A stretch of 63,140 nt of DNA, counting the filler, from Reticulomyxa filosa (taxonomy: Eukaryota; Protista; Foraminifera), in the NCBI GenBank assembly GCA_000512085.1. It is 20 parts of 20 records of this genome, joined end to end, with 100 filler letters (N's around TTAATTAATTAA, not from the genome) between each part and the next. Parts side by side here need not be neighbours in the genome. Positions count along the whole stretch, not along the records: positions 36,593 to 41,943 come from ASPP01047438.1; positions 42,044 to 45,236 come from ASPP01025365.1; positions 45,337 to 48,903 come from ASPP01025642.1; positions 49,004 to 50,757 come from ASPP01024928.1; positions 50,858 to 52,979 come from ASPP01009882.1; 15 more parts are not named here. One strand, given 5' to 3'. Below, piece by piece: positions 37,425 to 50,869 of this stretch; position 1 is the first letter of the stretch, and each line of letters begins with the position of its first letter. The notes beneath the pieces are model-generated. The model saw only the letters and a program-made list of their open reading frames with translations. It searched no databases and was not told the DNA's origin. The translations under genes were made by a program, and so were the position numbers.

Positions 37425-40389
37425 ATGATCGTTGATTTGTGCTTTGTCATAGATTGCACAGGTAAGAAAAAAAAAAGTTGAGAGTTGGAATAAACGGAGG
37501 GAAAACTTCTTGTTCTGTGGATATTACATTAGGCTCAATGTCCTGTTGGATAAACAAGTGCAAGGACGACATCCAGGGGATTGTGAATACAGTAGTGACT
37601 GAATATCCTTTTGTCAAAATTCGGATTGCGTGTGTTGGTTACAGGTATACGTCCTCCTTGTTTTTAATAATGAAAATTATTTCTATTACTAAAAAAAAAC
37701 AAAAAAAACCATCCACTTTAGAGATTATAATGATATTTATCCATTTGAAATACTGGAATTCACTGAGGATATCAACGCATTTAAGGAATTTCTGGAAGGT
37801 TTACAAGCAACCGGGGGTGCTGACGAATGTGAGGATGTAATAGGCGGATTAGAAAAGTGTGCAGAGCTCCAATGGTCATCTCCCATCAAAGTATTGTTCC
37901 ACATTGTTAAGTCTACAAATAGCTCCAAAAAAAAAAAAAAAAAAAAACAATTTCCAAAGGGGGTACCAAAAAACAGGGTGACGCTCCACCGCACAATCGC
38001 AGGTATCACGATGGAGCCGAAGACACTTATTCGGGCGACAGACGACGAGATCACACTGTGGTCTTGAGAGCACTCCAAAAAAAAGGAAACATGAGATATT
38101 ACATTGCAAAATTGAATAGCAGCTTAAACAAAGTTCGGTGAGTGATAGGGAAAAAAAGAACAATACCACTTGTATCTGGCAAAAAAAAAAAAAACAGATG
38201 ATTCGAATATTTAAAGCAACTGGCCACGACATAAATCTAACAGTAGAGGAGCACGAAGTGCCTGATATTAAGTACTTATTTGCTAGTGTGGTGCGATCGG
38301 TTACAGATGCGATTCAGGCTATTCGGGTCTCCAAAAATGAAAAGTTAATTAATGTGTGTAAGTGTGTCTTTAGAGATATACCGCTTTAAGATTTAAATTT
38401 TGACATTAAAAAAAAATGGACATAGACGGATGGCAGCACATCGTAGGAGCTTACTTTCTGGTGTACGTAAAAAACACTTGTTTAAAGCTTTTGTGGGCAT
38501 TGACTTTGGAACTGATGGCACTGGATTTGCGTACAGCTTTTCCGATGGAAAAGTGTATACCGAACAAAAATGGCCAGGACGATTGCTGGCTGAATTGAAA
38601 AACAAAACAAACATATTGCTTGACAAAGATGGAAGATTGGTAGCATTTGGTCAAGAGGCAACTGATAAATACACTTCAAGTACCGATCGTTCCTTAGAAT
38701 TTTATGAAAGATTCAAAATGGCTTTATATGGTTAGGCTTCAAATTTTTTTTTTAATAAAAAATCAGATTGCAAAAAATATTATAACATAAACAATAACAG
38801 ATAAAACATTGGAGGAAGTGCACGAACGCGTACGCGACGATGAAAAAAAAGAAATGGATTTGGAGCCTTATTTGACAGCTGCAAATGGAAAACAGAGAAA
38901 ATCTGTGGATATACTGGTGCAAGCCTTTACATTTATGAGGAAACACATAATGAAAATCCTCAGAGAAACTAAATTTGTGGAAAAGATTGAAGATGTGCAA
39001 TGGATAGTGACTGTGCCTGCCATTTGGTCCAACACTGCAAAAAACAGAATGAGAGAAGCAGCCATTCTTGCAGAATTGATAAATGAATCAATCCCAGATC
39101 ATTTGATAATTGCATTCGAGCCAGGTGTGATCTATTTTAAAAAGTTGCTCTTCCTTCCTTTCCAAAAAAAATAAAAAAATATATACATATATAATAAAAT
39201 AACAGAGTGTGGAAGTGTTGTTGCACGCAATTATTGCGATTTAAAAAAAGATGACAAATATATTCTGTTGGATTTGGGCGGAGGCACTGCCGATATTGCT
39301 TGTCATCGTGTGTTGGATGGAATAAATGTGTCTCAAATCTATGCTCCAAGTGGTGGTCCATGGGGAAGCACATACGTAGACGAAGCATTTTGGGAAATGC
39401 TATGTGAAATGTTTGGAAAAGAGTCAATGAACGAATTCAAATCCAAGCATCCAAATGAATTTGTTCGACTAAAAGAGAGTTTTCGACAGGCCAAACACAA
39501 ATATGATCCGATGTCTGGAGTGCCTTTAGTAAAGCTGGACGACTTAGTAGATTTCATGGACGAGTGTGATATTGACGTGGAGACGATGGGCAAGAAGGTG
39601 AAAGAGTATAAGCTAAAAGACAAAAGTGGTGCGTTTGAATTGGATGAAGATGTAGGGACTTTGTATTTGGGTCACGATGGATGGAAATTTTTAATGGACA
39701 AAGTGATTGATCCTCTTATTGATCATGTACGTAAACTATTAGCAGAACCAGAATTGAGAGGATGTCAGACCATGTTATGCGTAGGAGGATTATCCACATC
39801 ACCCTATGTAATGCAACGCTTACGAGATATATTTGTCATGGATCGGAAAGTAATCGATACAATTACAAAACCAGAACAACCCATTTTGGCAGTGGTGGAA
39901 GGTGCTGCTCGATTTGGTATGGCTCCATCTTTGATTGCAGAATACGTAATGACGCATACATACGGATTAAAATGTGTCCGCTTTTGGGCCGAATCTGATG
40001 GAGAAGAGGGTAAACTTTGGAGTGAAGACGATGGTCGATATGTGTATGAGGACGGGTTTGAAATATTTGTTCGCAAAGGCACTAAAATGAATGTGCATGA
40101 CCCTCCAAAGTTGCAATATTTCCAACCTCTCAATAAAGACGATAAAGAAATCGCCATTGAGATCCATCGCAGCAATGAAGAAAATCCTAAACGATGTACT
40201 GAAGACACTTATTGTGCTCGAGCCACCTTTAAGCTACCAAATGACTGGTGGGAAGGAGAGGACTTTGCAGAAAAAGAAATTCCAATTGCTTTCTTTTTCA
40301 ACCAAGCTGAAATTCAAGTCAAGGTTGAATTGGAAAATTATCCGGATAAAGAAAGATTTATCAAGATTAATTGGTTGAAAGGAGTGTAA
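37425..40389 (+). CDS. vWA domain + HSPA12-like Hsp70 fusion protein, multi-exon
   Basis: vWA: VDLCFVIDCTGSM (MIDAS, across intron 37461-37532), ACVGYRDY, GGADECEDVIGGL, VLFHIGDAPPH. Hsp70-12: VGIDFGTDGTGFAYS, YERFKMALY, WIVTVPAIWS, IAFEPE, LLDLGGGTADI, SGGPWGSTYVD, LCVGGLSTSPY, LAVVEGAARFG. A phase-2 GT-AG intron 38344-38425 joins the two parts in frame. Confidence 0.85.
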
Positions 40390-42043
40390 GGGATGGATCC
40401 CAAATATTCTTTTTTTTCTTAGGCGTTTTGAGTTGGATACGTTTCTTTTGTGTGGCGTGTGAGACTTGTTCCACACTTTTTTAGAGCCACTCAAAATCTC
40501 TTCCAACTAAAACAAATAAATGAATAGGTACTTTATTATTTAAAAAAATAACAAAAGAAATCGACATTTTTTTAATTAATTTTTTGGTTCAAGCACTAAA
40601 ACACAAAGTGGATGAAAAATTTTGTTTCAAATACAAGTGCAAAAAATCATTTTTTCGTACATCTCTGACACTCCCAGCTTTTTTACTCTATTATTTCCAT
40701 TATTGACAAGACAGAAGGGAGACTTGGCTATAATGAATACTTGCACATTTGATAGTTATGTATTTTTGAACAATGCAACAAAAAAATTTGCAATAGTATC
40801 TATCCATTCGATTTGAAAGAGAAAGAATTGATGGATTCATTTTTGGCGCAACGTAGTTTGTTTTTTTTTTTATCAGCGACAAATCAGACTCGTTTCCAAT
40901 TCCAGATAGTGAGAATAAAAGCTGTTGCTGTATAACATAGCTTTGACACATTTAATAGAAATTGAAGGTTGTAAAGACCTATTTGTAAATTCATTCCAAA
41001 TATCAATGCGTAAAATTTACCATTGAATTGCAAGGGTCGCTACAACGCCCTTCCAACTTTTTCTCCTTGCAAGTTTCTACTTCATTCTTAATCTAAAGAG
41101 AGCAAAAAAGCTGTTACATCGCACGATTTCAGAGAGATGTCGGTATATTATTCCCCTTATAGACATCAAAACCTGGAAAATAGGGGCTTTACGAACGAAG
41201 GATGTGGGATGTACACTCGCTCATGGGGCGAATACAATGTGATAATGTTAAGTATTAAATTATTATGTTCGCTGTTTTGCGCATTCCTTTGTCTTTGAAA
41301 TTCCATTTTTCCGTCTCTTTTAACTCTTGTTTTTAAAGTAACTCTTATTTTATGCTCTTTTGAGTTGGTATTATCTAAAAAAATTTTAACAACATAAAGC
41401 TCACAGGGAGGACATTTTCCAAATTGTTCGCTTTTCATAAAAGTTAATCGTCCGCAAATGTGTTGGTGCTCAGGTTCATTTATGGACGATCAGTGGAGAG
41501 GCTGTTTACAGGTGGAAGACCTTGTGGAAATGGTTTTGAATACCCTAAGATCAACGACAAAAAGCACAGTTTAAATGATATCTGCTTGTATGTATATTCA
41601 AATGTATTTGAAGGTATTTGACATTTGACATTTACAGTCAGAAGTTGCAAAAGGTGCACCAGTGAAAGAGCTGAGCAAACTTTTTTCAGACTCAAAAGTT
41701 AGTCCATCCATTTTTAAAATCTGGAGTTCCCCTTACACACATAAACAATTGGAATAAAACAGATTCGATGGATGGAAAACCGTCAAGAGAGTACAATAGA
41801 GCCAGCCCTTGTTCTCAAAAAAGATTCATATAAACACTTTTTTCAAACGCGCCATGGATGCTTTAGTGTTTTGACCCATGATTTGTCCGAACGATTTGTG
41901 AATATTGAGGTATTTTATCCTTTTTTTTTACTTTTTTTTTTTTNNNNNNNNNNNNNNNNNNNNNNNNNNNNNNNNNNNNNNNNNNNNTTAATTAATTAAN
42001 NNNNNNNNNNNNNNNNNNNNNNNNNNNNNNNNNNNNNNNNNNN

Positions 42044-44193
42044 AGGAGGAGGAGGAGGAGGAATGGAAGCATTGTTGATAGGTCCTCCCGACGATGATTC
42101 CGACAACTTCATCGAAGAGACCAGGATCACCATCGAAAGTGTAGATCCGAAGAATGAACGTATAATGATCTTTGTGAATGGCGATCGCGTGCGATTTGAA
42201 CCTACCACGATAGGCAATGGTGACAATGTGCTATTCGGAAGTCGCCAGCTGTTCCAACTGATCGTGCCGCTGCAGGCGAACGACGAAATCGAAAAGAAGA
42301 AACGTCGCAAAAAAGCAGAGATAGATATGAAGGACATTGTCGAAAAAGAGCAAATGTTTTTGTTCAAAAAGCCGGTGGACAGTTTGGTGGTGTTTGATAA
42401 ACTATTGGAAATTCGATTCAAACAAAAGTGTTATCGCGTGGAGAACTTGGACGTGGAGAAGCTGAAAGCGCAAGTGGCGTTCAAGCGACAGCAGCAGATA
42501 TCATCGCAGCAAAGTGGCAGCGAAGACGAATGGGGAATGATGAAGATCCACGACCAATTCATGCAAGACTTTCGCACATTGTCGGACAAAACGCAGACAG
42601 CAAATGCCATGGCGTTGGAACTGGACCGCGGTCTGTTGTTCAATGTCACCACGTGCAAGTACTTTGACTCGTTCAAAGATACCATCGCCGAGCGCATTTT
42701 GGTGCTTCGAGAGTGTCATTACACCGAGCCCGAGTTGCAGTTCGAAATGGTCCCGTTTCACTTTGAGGAAATGCTCACGTCCTTGGAACGCTACTACGAC
42801 TTGGTCAAGCAAGACGGAGAAATCATTGCCACCGAAACCATGGATGATGACCCCTTTGTACCTGCTCACGTCGATGCTTGCTACGGCGTCGCACGCTTTG
42901 TCCTCGCCAACAGCGATATCCCCACGCAGCCCGTCACCTTACCTATTCTCCTCACTGGCACCAATGACCAAGTCGGCACGCTGGTTGTCGAGCCCTCGTT
43001 CATTGTCACTGACGGACCTAGCTCCAATGCCAATGCTAAAGCTGCGTCTCTGCAGGCCTTGGAGGGCAAAAAAGTCAAATTCACTCTCGAGTTCCTCAAA
43101 TGCACGCTGTCACAACCCTCCAGGTATTGCTTCATCTCGTTTGTCGCTGTAGGGTCTGACCTCGTTCAGTTCAAGTGCGAAGCCCCTGCCGACGGCTCCA
43201 GAGTGAACGAGTTCGAGTTCAGCGAGGCATACGAAGTTCGCGCCTTGAAGATCACCAAAAACTTTCGAAGCTTCATCGCGCTCGAAGGCGTCCAAATCAA
43301 AGTGTGGGTGCCCGTGTTCGATAACCCCCACGACATGCCCCCGGTCATTGCCAGCAAATATACCTCCAAAAATATCATCATTCGCATTCAAACTCCAGAC
43401 GGCGAACAACTCAAACTCCATTGCAAAACCGGAAATACCATCACCGCTTTGAAACGAAAGATCGATTTTCAAACCAATATCCCTGACGACGCACAAACGT
43501 ATATAATTTATATACATATACAATATACACATACAAATGTATACAACATAATTGATTTGTAGATTGATCTATGAGAAAGTCACGTTGGAAAACAATCGAA
43601 CCTTGTCCGATTACAACATTGAAGGAGATGCGCTGTTGCTTTTGCTCGTTGAAACCAAGCGTCGTAAATCGGTGGACGCCGAGTTTCATCCCGAATTCAA
43701 GCAAAAAGTAAAGTTTGACTTGGGAGATGGCAAAGAGAATGACGAATTGGACGACCTTGTATATAACGAAGACGAAGATGAAGACGACGCCAACGTACCG
43801 ACGCCAGAACAGGTTCAACAAGTGTTGGTAAAAGAACTGACCAATCCCGACTTGTCTGCCGAGGATCGATCCAAATTACGACGAGCTAAAAATCGAAGTG
43901 TGCATATGGTGCTCATGGACCAAGATAGTCGTCGAGTCTTGCCGATGACAATGGAGGGATACCAAGCCGAAAATAAAAAGTTGAAAGACACTTTACGAAG
44001 GGCACAGGAAAGAATTGAAGATCTACAAAAACAGATCGCTGCCTTAGAGTCCAAATTGCAGCCTTCTTCTGCTCCTACTACTAATGCGGCTTCTACAACC
44101 ACTGCCAAACGTGACAAACCAAAAGGAGGTGCCAAATTTTTCGGAGCTTGGAGAAGAAATCGACAAAAGGCCAATGAAGCACCAAAACAGTAG
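42044..44193 (+). CDS. Kinesin-3-like tail region: FHA end, stalk/C2-like region, ubiquitin-like domain, coiled coil (5'-truncated)
   Basis: IFVNGDRV...IGNGDNVLFGSRQLF fits the FHA C-terminus. ANAMALELDRG and DDDPF resemble KIF1/13/28 stalk motifs. Ubl: IRIQTPDGEQLKLH...TITALKRKI...IPDDAQTLIY...LENNRTLSDYNIE across intron 43499-43562. Motor domain is not in the contig. Confidence 0.65.
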
Positions 44194-44703
44194 TTGTGAT
44201 CTCTCCCTCCTTCCCTCTCTAAAGAAATCGCAAATTTCAACAAAATATATTTGATGTGTAGTCTTTTTTGTGCGTTTATTTTTTTTGTTTTTCTTTTTTT
44301 GTTTGTCTGTGAGTCGATCGTGGTGAGAATGGTCAAAAGAAGTATTTCGTTCATTTTTTTTTTTTTGTGGTGGTTTTTTTATGTTTTCTTCGAATATGTC
44401 AAAAGTTTAACATTCCATCGATGCAAATTTTCAAGGTTTATGGAAGAAATTTGACCAACTTCAAAAAAAAAAAAAATAATAATTGCCCCTTCTTAGTCAA
44501 AGTTCAATCAATAATAAATATAATATATTGTTTACATTGACTGGAAGAGCGTTAGCAAATGTCGAAAACTGGCGTTCAAGAGAATGAAAAAAGAAAGGTA
44601 AGGTAGTTTCTAGCGTGGAAACACCCCATGTACCTTTGGGAAAAATATGAAATGTTTGCGACAGAGACAAAGTTGGTGGAAAGGCTTGAGGAAAAGCAAT
44701 GAA

Positions 44704-45236
44704 ATGGATTATGGGAGTGAGCCACGCAGCCCAAATACGCACACAGATACAAATGTATCATTCGAGATGGATTTGAACGCAGGCCAAGAAAAGGAGAATG
44801 AGAACAAATCAACAGGTGTAAATAGTGGTTGGGGTTGGAATATAAGTGGAACGAACACGGGCAACACAGGAAATGAGAGCGAGCAAGGGACAGCCAATAA
44901 GAAAGACAACAAAGACAAAGAAAAAAACAAAAGCAAGGGAAAAGAAAAGAACAAAAGTGAAAGCAAAGATGTACGAAAATTGGAATTGAGAATCGAAGAA
45001 TTGGAAAGCGAAAGGGAAAGACTGATCGATGAATTGGAGATTCGATCCTCCCAAATCGAACAATTGGAAGAGAGCTTTCGAATGGTTAGTGATGGGTCTC
45101 GTCTGGTTGCCAAGCGCGCCATGGAACAAGAGCAGCAACTGGCCGAATTGAAAGAAGCCTTGGATTTGAAGACAAGACAATTGAATTTGTATCGACAAGA
45201 TCACCATTCAAATGATAGCAATAATCAACAGAATGA
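44704..45236 (+). CDS. Coiled-coil protein, 3'-truncated
   Basis: Open ORF from ATG 44704 with a K/E-rich linker and heptad-rich segment (LELRIEELESERERLIDEL...). Confidence 0.55.
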
Positions 45237-45379
45237 NNNNNNNNNNNNNNNNNNNNNNNNNNNNNNNNNNNNNNNNNNNNTTAATTAATTAANNNNNNNN
45301 NNNNNNNNNNNNNNNNNNNNNNNNNNNNNNNNNNNNTATACACATCACCAAATCATCATCGTCGTCGTCGATTGAACTC

Positions 45380-48300
45380 TCAGTAGCCAATGCATTGGTG
45401 GAATTCCACGAAATGGTCGAAACCGTAATGCAATACCTGGCCAAGAACTACATGGCCCGGTCCACGTATATAACGCCCAGACACTATTTGGACCTGATCC
45501 GACACTTTGTGAAACTGTTCGACGAAAAGCGACAGCATCTCGACGAACTGCAGCGGCATTTGAGCGTCGGACTGAAGATCCTGCACGAGACAGAGGAGGA
45601 GGTGGAAAAGCGACAGCTCGACCTGAATGAAAAGGAGACACAGCTGTCGGAACAGCAGCAGATTGCCGACGAAAAGCTGCATCAGATGATGCACTCGGAG
45701 CAAGAGGCGACCAAGTCCAGAGAGGAGGCCATTCGAGTGGAGGAAGAGATCAGTAAGGAAATGGCAGTGATTACGGAGGAAACGCGCAAGGTGGAAGCGG
45801 AGCTGGCTCAGGCCAAGCCAGCATTGGAGTTGGCACGCCAGTCGGTATCGAATATCAAAAAGAGCCAGTTGGACGAAATCAGAGCCATGAGAAGTCCCCC
45901 AGAGAGAGTGAAGTTGACATTGCAGGCAGTGTTTATTCTATTGAATTGGAAGATTGACGCAAACGACCCGACGGGAATGATTAAGGCAGTGGCGAACAAA
46001 GAGTTTATTCAGTCTATTCTCGGCTTTGATACGAACGCGATTACAGATAAGCAACGAAGTCGTGTAAACAAGTATCTGGAGAATCCCGACTTGCAATACG
46101 AGTTGGTGAACAAGTCATCACAAGCATGTGGTCCGATGATTCTGTGGGTGCAGTCGCAGGTCAAGTTCGCCTCACTATTGAATGAAGTGGAGCCCATGCG
46201 TGCAAAGATTGAGAGTCTGAAGACGGCATTGGCTACCAAAGAGGAGCAAGCCACACACCTGAAGCATGTGGTAGTGAAATTGGAGGCCGATATCAAAGAG
46301 TACAAAGCCGAATATGCCAAAATGGTTCAGCGCATCACCGAGCTGAAGCACGAAATGACACAGGTGCAACAGTCGATGGCACGTGCTAAGCAGCTGCTGC
46401 AAGACCTGTCGCAAGAGAAGCATCGATGGAGTGAAGCCACCACCAGCTTCGAAAGACAGAGAAATACGTTGGTTGGAGATTGTCTCATTTCTGCGGCCTT
46501 TTTGACGTATATTGGTTATTACAACATTACCTATCGTCAGGTGCTCATTCAAAAATGGAAGCACATCTTGCACTGCAATAATGTACCTTACGACGATCAA
46601 ATGGAATTACTGTCATATCTCTCCACTCCAGGAGAGCGCTTGGAGTGGAAATGCGCATCCTTGCCCGATGACGACCTATGCATGGAGAATGCCGTGTTGT
46701 TGAAGCGATTCAATCGATATCCCTTATTGGTGGATCCCTCCGGTCAAGCCATTGCATTCTTGTTGAGTTTCCACAAGCAAAGGAAGATTGTTCGCACCTC
46801 TTTTCTCGATTCTGCGTTTTTGAATAATTTGGAGAATGGATTGCGCTTTGGCAATGCCCTGGTAATTGAGGACGTCGAAAACTTTAACCCCATTGTCAAC
46901 CCCATTTTGAACAAGGAAATACAAACAGTCGGAGGACGCAATCTCATTCGTCTCGTCAACAAAGATGTGGACTTTTCCCCAACGTTCACTATGTTCTTGG
47001 TTACGAGGGACCCTTGTGCGGCTTTTGCACCCGACCTATGCAGTCGTGTCACCTTTGTCAACTTCAGCATCACTCCAAGCTCACTGCAGAGTCAATGTCT
47101 CAGTCTGATCCTTCGTCACGAGGCTCCGGACATTGACGAGCAACGCAATGACCAACTGCGATTGCAAGGAGAGTTCAAGTTTCAACTGCGAGAGCTGGAG
47201 AACCAACTGCTCGACGCACTCAATGCGATTCACGGCAATATTCTGGACGACGAGCACGTAATGACCACATTGGAGAATTTGAAGCACAAGGCCAAGGCCA
47301 TTCAAGAAAAGGCTGATCAATCCGAACACATTCTGCAAAAGATTGAGGAGGCCAGTCGCTTTTACTCGCCCTTTGCTCGTGCGTGCACCAGACTATACTT
47401 TTGCTGGGAGGCACTATCGTCCATTCATTTCTTATATCAGTTCGACTTATCTGCGTTCATGCACATTGTCCACCACGTATTGCAGGCTGGAGAATCCTTG
47501 CCTGAATTCCAAGATTGTGACATGAAGGAAAACAAACAAAAAGATAACAAAGAAAAAGAGAATCGTCAATGGCGCTTGCTCCCACTTCTCAAGGCATTGC
47601 ATCGCTTGTTCTATATTCGGACCAAGAGGTCGCTGCTGGTCAAAGACCACCTCACTTTGGCATTTCGCATTGCGCAGATCTACATCGACTGCCATCCCGA
47701 CTCGCAGCAGATGACACTGAACCAAGAGTTGCTGTTGTATCTACTCAAGAATCGCGGATACAAAGAGGGAAAACCCGCAAACGACCATGTCTGCAAAGCA
47801 CTCGAGCTGACGTCCATTGGAGCATCATTACTCGGTAATCTGTCCATGTTGGCTGGCTTCGACTCATTTCCACACGAAGTGGAGACTCATTTGCAGCAGT
47901 GGATCACATATCGCAATGGTCCTCTGGACGCCCCAATCCCAATCCCAATCCCAACCTCGGATATACGAAATATAACTACCACTTGTATCCATGGCCAATT
48001 GCTGGAACAACTGGCCATTCAAAAGATATTCCGTCCTGATCAAATGATGCGCACCGTACGCTTGTTTGTGGAGTCAGTGTTTGGTTGGAATTTGTACGAG
48101 TTTGACACCGACGTGGACTCATTACAGACTATTGTCGTGAACCAGCAGAACCAAGACACTCCATTGCTCATGGCTTCCACTCCTGGCAACGATCCATCCA
48201 ACAAAATCGACGCCCTGGCGACAGACTACTTTTCGTCGAAAGTCAAGACTTGCTACGAAGTGTTTGCCATGGGGTCTCCGGATGACTACGCCAAGGCGGA

Positions 48301-48903
48301 CAATGCCATCACTGCGGCCACGAAGAAAGGCACGTGGGTACTACTGAAAAACGTGCACTTATCTCCGCAGTGGTTGCAAGGCTTGGAAAAGCGTCTGCAT
48401 CGCATGAAAAAACACCAAGACTTTCGTCTTTTCATGACCATGGAAATTCATCCCAAAGTCCCCGTCACGCTGCTTCGCAAATCTCTCATTCTCATCAATG
48501 AGCCCCCTCTCGGAATCAAAGCTTCGCTGCAAAGAACATTCCATCAGTTGTCTTCGTCTCGCGTCGAACGTGCGCCGCGGGAACGTGGTCGCTTGTACGT
48601 CCTTTTGGCCTGGCTGCATGCAATGGTGTTGGAGCGCTTACGATTCGAGCCCATTGGCTGGTCTAAAGCATTTGAGTTTAGCGAGACCGATAAATCCTGC
48701 GCGATGGATGCACTCGACGAGTGGATTGATCGCTTGGCACAAGGGCGAGACAATGTCGATCCTAACAACGAAATCCCTTGGGATGCTTTGCAAAAGATGT
48801 TGGTCCAATTTATCTATGGCGGTCGCGTTGACAACGAGTTCGATACCAATCGCTTGACTTCATTTGTTCAGCACTTGTTCCATTCCGAAGCATACAATCT
48901 ACA
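45380..48903 (+). CDS. DYNC1H1: Cytoplasmic dynein 1 heavy chain, fragment (AAA4 end, stalk/MTBD, AAA5, AAA6)
   Basis: ITPRHYLD, SVSNIKKSQLDEIRAM, SQACGPM, LPDDDLCMENA, RFNRYPLLVDPSGQA, DLCSRVTFVNF, WVLLKNVHL, FRLFMTMEIHPKVP, IYGGRVDNEFD in an uninterrupted ~1170-aa ORF. Confidence 0.95.
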
Positions 48904-49003
48904 NNNNNNNNNNNNNNNNNNNNNNNNNNNNNNNNNNNNNNNNNNNNTTAATTAATTAANNNNNNNNNNNNNNNNNNNNNNNNNNNNNNNNNNNNNNNNN
49001 NNN

Positions 49004-49875
49004 AAAAAGAGACACGAATACGACGACTTCATCGATGGTTGTGTTCTCTGCATTATCTCTGCCGCCACCGCCATCAGAGGAAGCAGAAGAACCAAATCCA
49101 GAGTCAGACGTAATTCATACGACAGAAATCGTGTCCTCTTCATTATCTCTACCACCACCGCCTCCAGAGGAACCAGAAGAACCAAATGTAATCCATACGG
49201 TGGAAGTGAATGGCGAAACGGAGAACGGACCAATTCCGGAGAAACGGTATTACGAGTTGGTGTTCGACAACTCGAAACAGTCGCAGGTAAAACGCACGTG
49301 GATATTGACAAGGAAACAAATCCATTGGAGGGAGTGCGAAGTCATTGACGAAAGACACGATGCCATTAAAGTCCATTACATTTCTTATCATTCCAAATTT
49401 GACGAATGGATTGATAAATCGAGTCATCGCATTCGAGGTAAGTTCCATCATAGTGTGTCTCTCCTTCTCCCCTTCTAGGTACATATTGTAAAACATGCGC
49501 ACGTGCAATCTTATTGCATTCAATGATCACAAATAGCGATGAGAGAACATGCACAGCTGCAGAAAGGAGACAATGTGTCTGCGTGGTATCCAAAATTAAA
49601 CCAATGGAGAGAAGCAGAAGTGGAAGAAGTCGACGCTGAGAAAAAGAGAATTCGCATTGCTTATGTATATACTGCTGACGTCGCCTATGTCCCTTTCTCT
49701 TCGTCTAAAATATCTGTCATTCACAAAAATCCTGTTTGTTTTGTTTTTTTTTTACATTTGCAAGAAACACAAATACATCCGGCTTTTTTTGGTGTTCATA
49801 GACTGATCCTTTCAATGGCCCGGTGGATGAACCATACCAATTGATAAACCCTTTCCGTTACAATCTCGAACACTG
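49004..49875 (+). CDS. Tandem Tudor/chromo-barrel (Agenet-like) domain protein, 5'-truncated
   Basis: WRECEVIDERHDAIKVHYISYHSKFDEWIDKSSHRI and LQKGDNVSAWYPKLNQWREAEVEEVD...IRIAY. Duplicated LSLPPPP(S/P)EE(A/P)EEPN linker. Short GT-AG introns. Confidence 0.7.
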
Positions 49876-50431
49876 AGTCTGTCCCACCGAGATAAACGCA
49901 ACCTCATAGCTGTTGTTGTTTGCCTTTGTGAGTAAAGATTACCAATCGACTGCTCCAATTTCCCTCTTTTTTTAAATTTTGTTTCTTTCTTTGTTCATTC
50001 ATTATTTCTTCGTGTAAATAAGTCTGGTGGGATGTTATGTTGTTGTTTATCGTTTGTTTATTTGTTTCTTTTCTTTTACGAGTTTTTGGAACGCCATCAA
50101 CAAGTCTGGAGTTTAATTTGCCTCAAAAAGTGCTGATTTTCCGTAATCTGTTCTGTCATAAGAATTTCACGTGAGAGAGTAAAGTTGAGAAGTAAATCTC
50201 ATTTCAAAAAAATCCCTTGAACAAACAAGAAAAACTGGCTGTGTACTTCCAATTATTGTGATCACATTTTAAAAGAAGTTGAATATATTTGCACGAATGA
50301 TTTATCAATGCAAAATTTTTTTGGTATTTAAATTTGGTGTGAATTAAGACATTATCTCACTTTTTGTTAGAAAAACTACATTGTCAGAAATAATCTCTTA
50401 TGCGACTCTTCAAACCACGCAAAAATTTGTT

Positions 50432-50713
50432 CTATGTCTGCGAAGAAGACTGCTGTGTCGGGGTAGATTGTGTTGCATTTGGTGGTGTTGAAGCGGACTG
50501 TGACGAAGTGGCTTGGGGAGGGGGGTCAGACGACTTGTCTTGTAATTGCTGGAAATAAATGGCCAAAGCGTTTAAATAATTTCTCCTTTCAGAAATGATA
50601 TTGAAACGCAAATGAACCAATGGCAAAGGCAACAGTGACTTATTTAATGAAGTAAAAAAAGACCAGCCCCATTTTTTATTTGATACGACATTCGTTATAT
50701 CTTTGAGATCCAA
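50432..50713 (-). CDS. Hypothetical protein, last exon
   Basis: ORF preceded by an intron-like A-run acceptor and ending in an S/T/Q-rich tail; no family recognised. Confidence 0.35.
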   Translation of the reverse strand: MDLKDITNVVSNKKWGWSFFTSLNKSLLPLPLVHLRFNIISERRNYLNALAIYFQQLQDKSSDPPPQATSSQSASTPPNATQSTPTQQSSSQT

Positions 50714-50869
50714 CTTTTTTTTTTTTTTTAAATATTGTTTATTGTATTACAGTTATGNNNNNNNNNNNNNNNNNNNNNNNNNNNNNNNNNNNNNNNNNNN
50801 NTTAATTAATTAANNNNNNNNNNNNNNNNNNNNNNNNNNNNNNNNNNNNNNNNNNNNTTATTTTTATTA

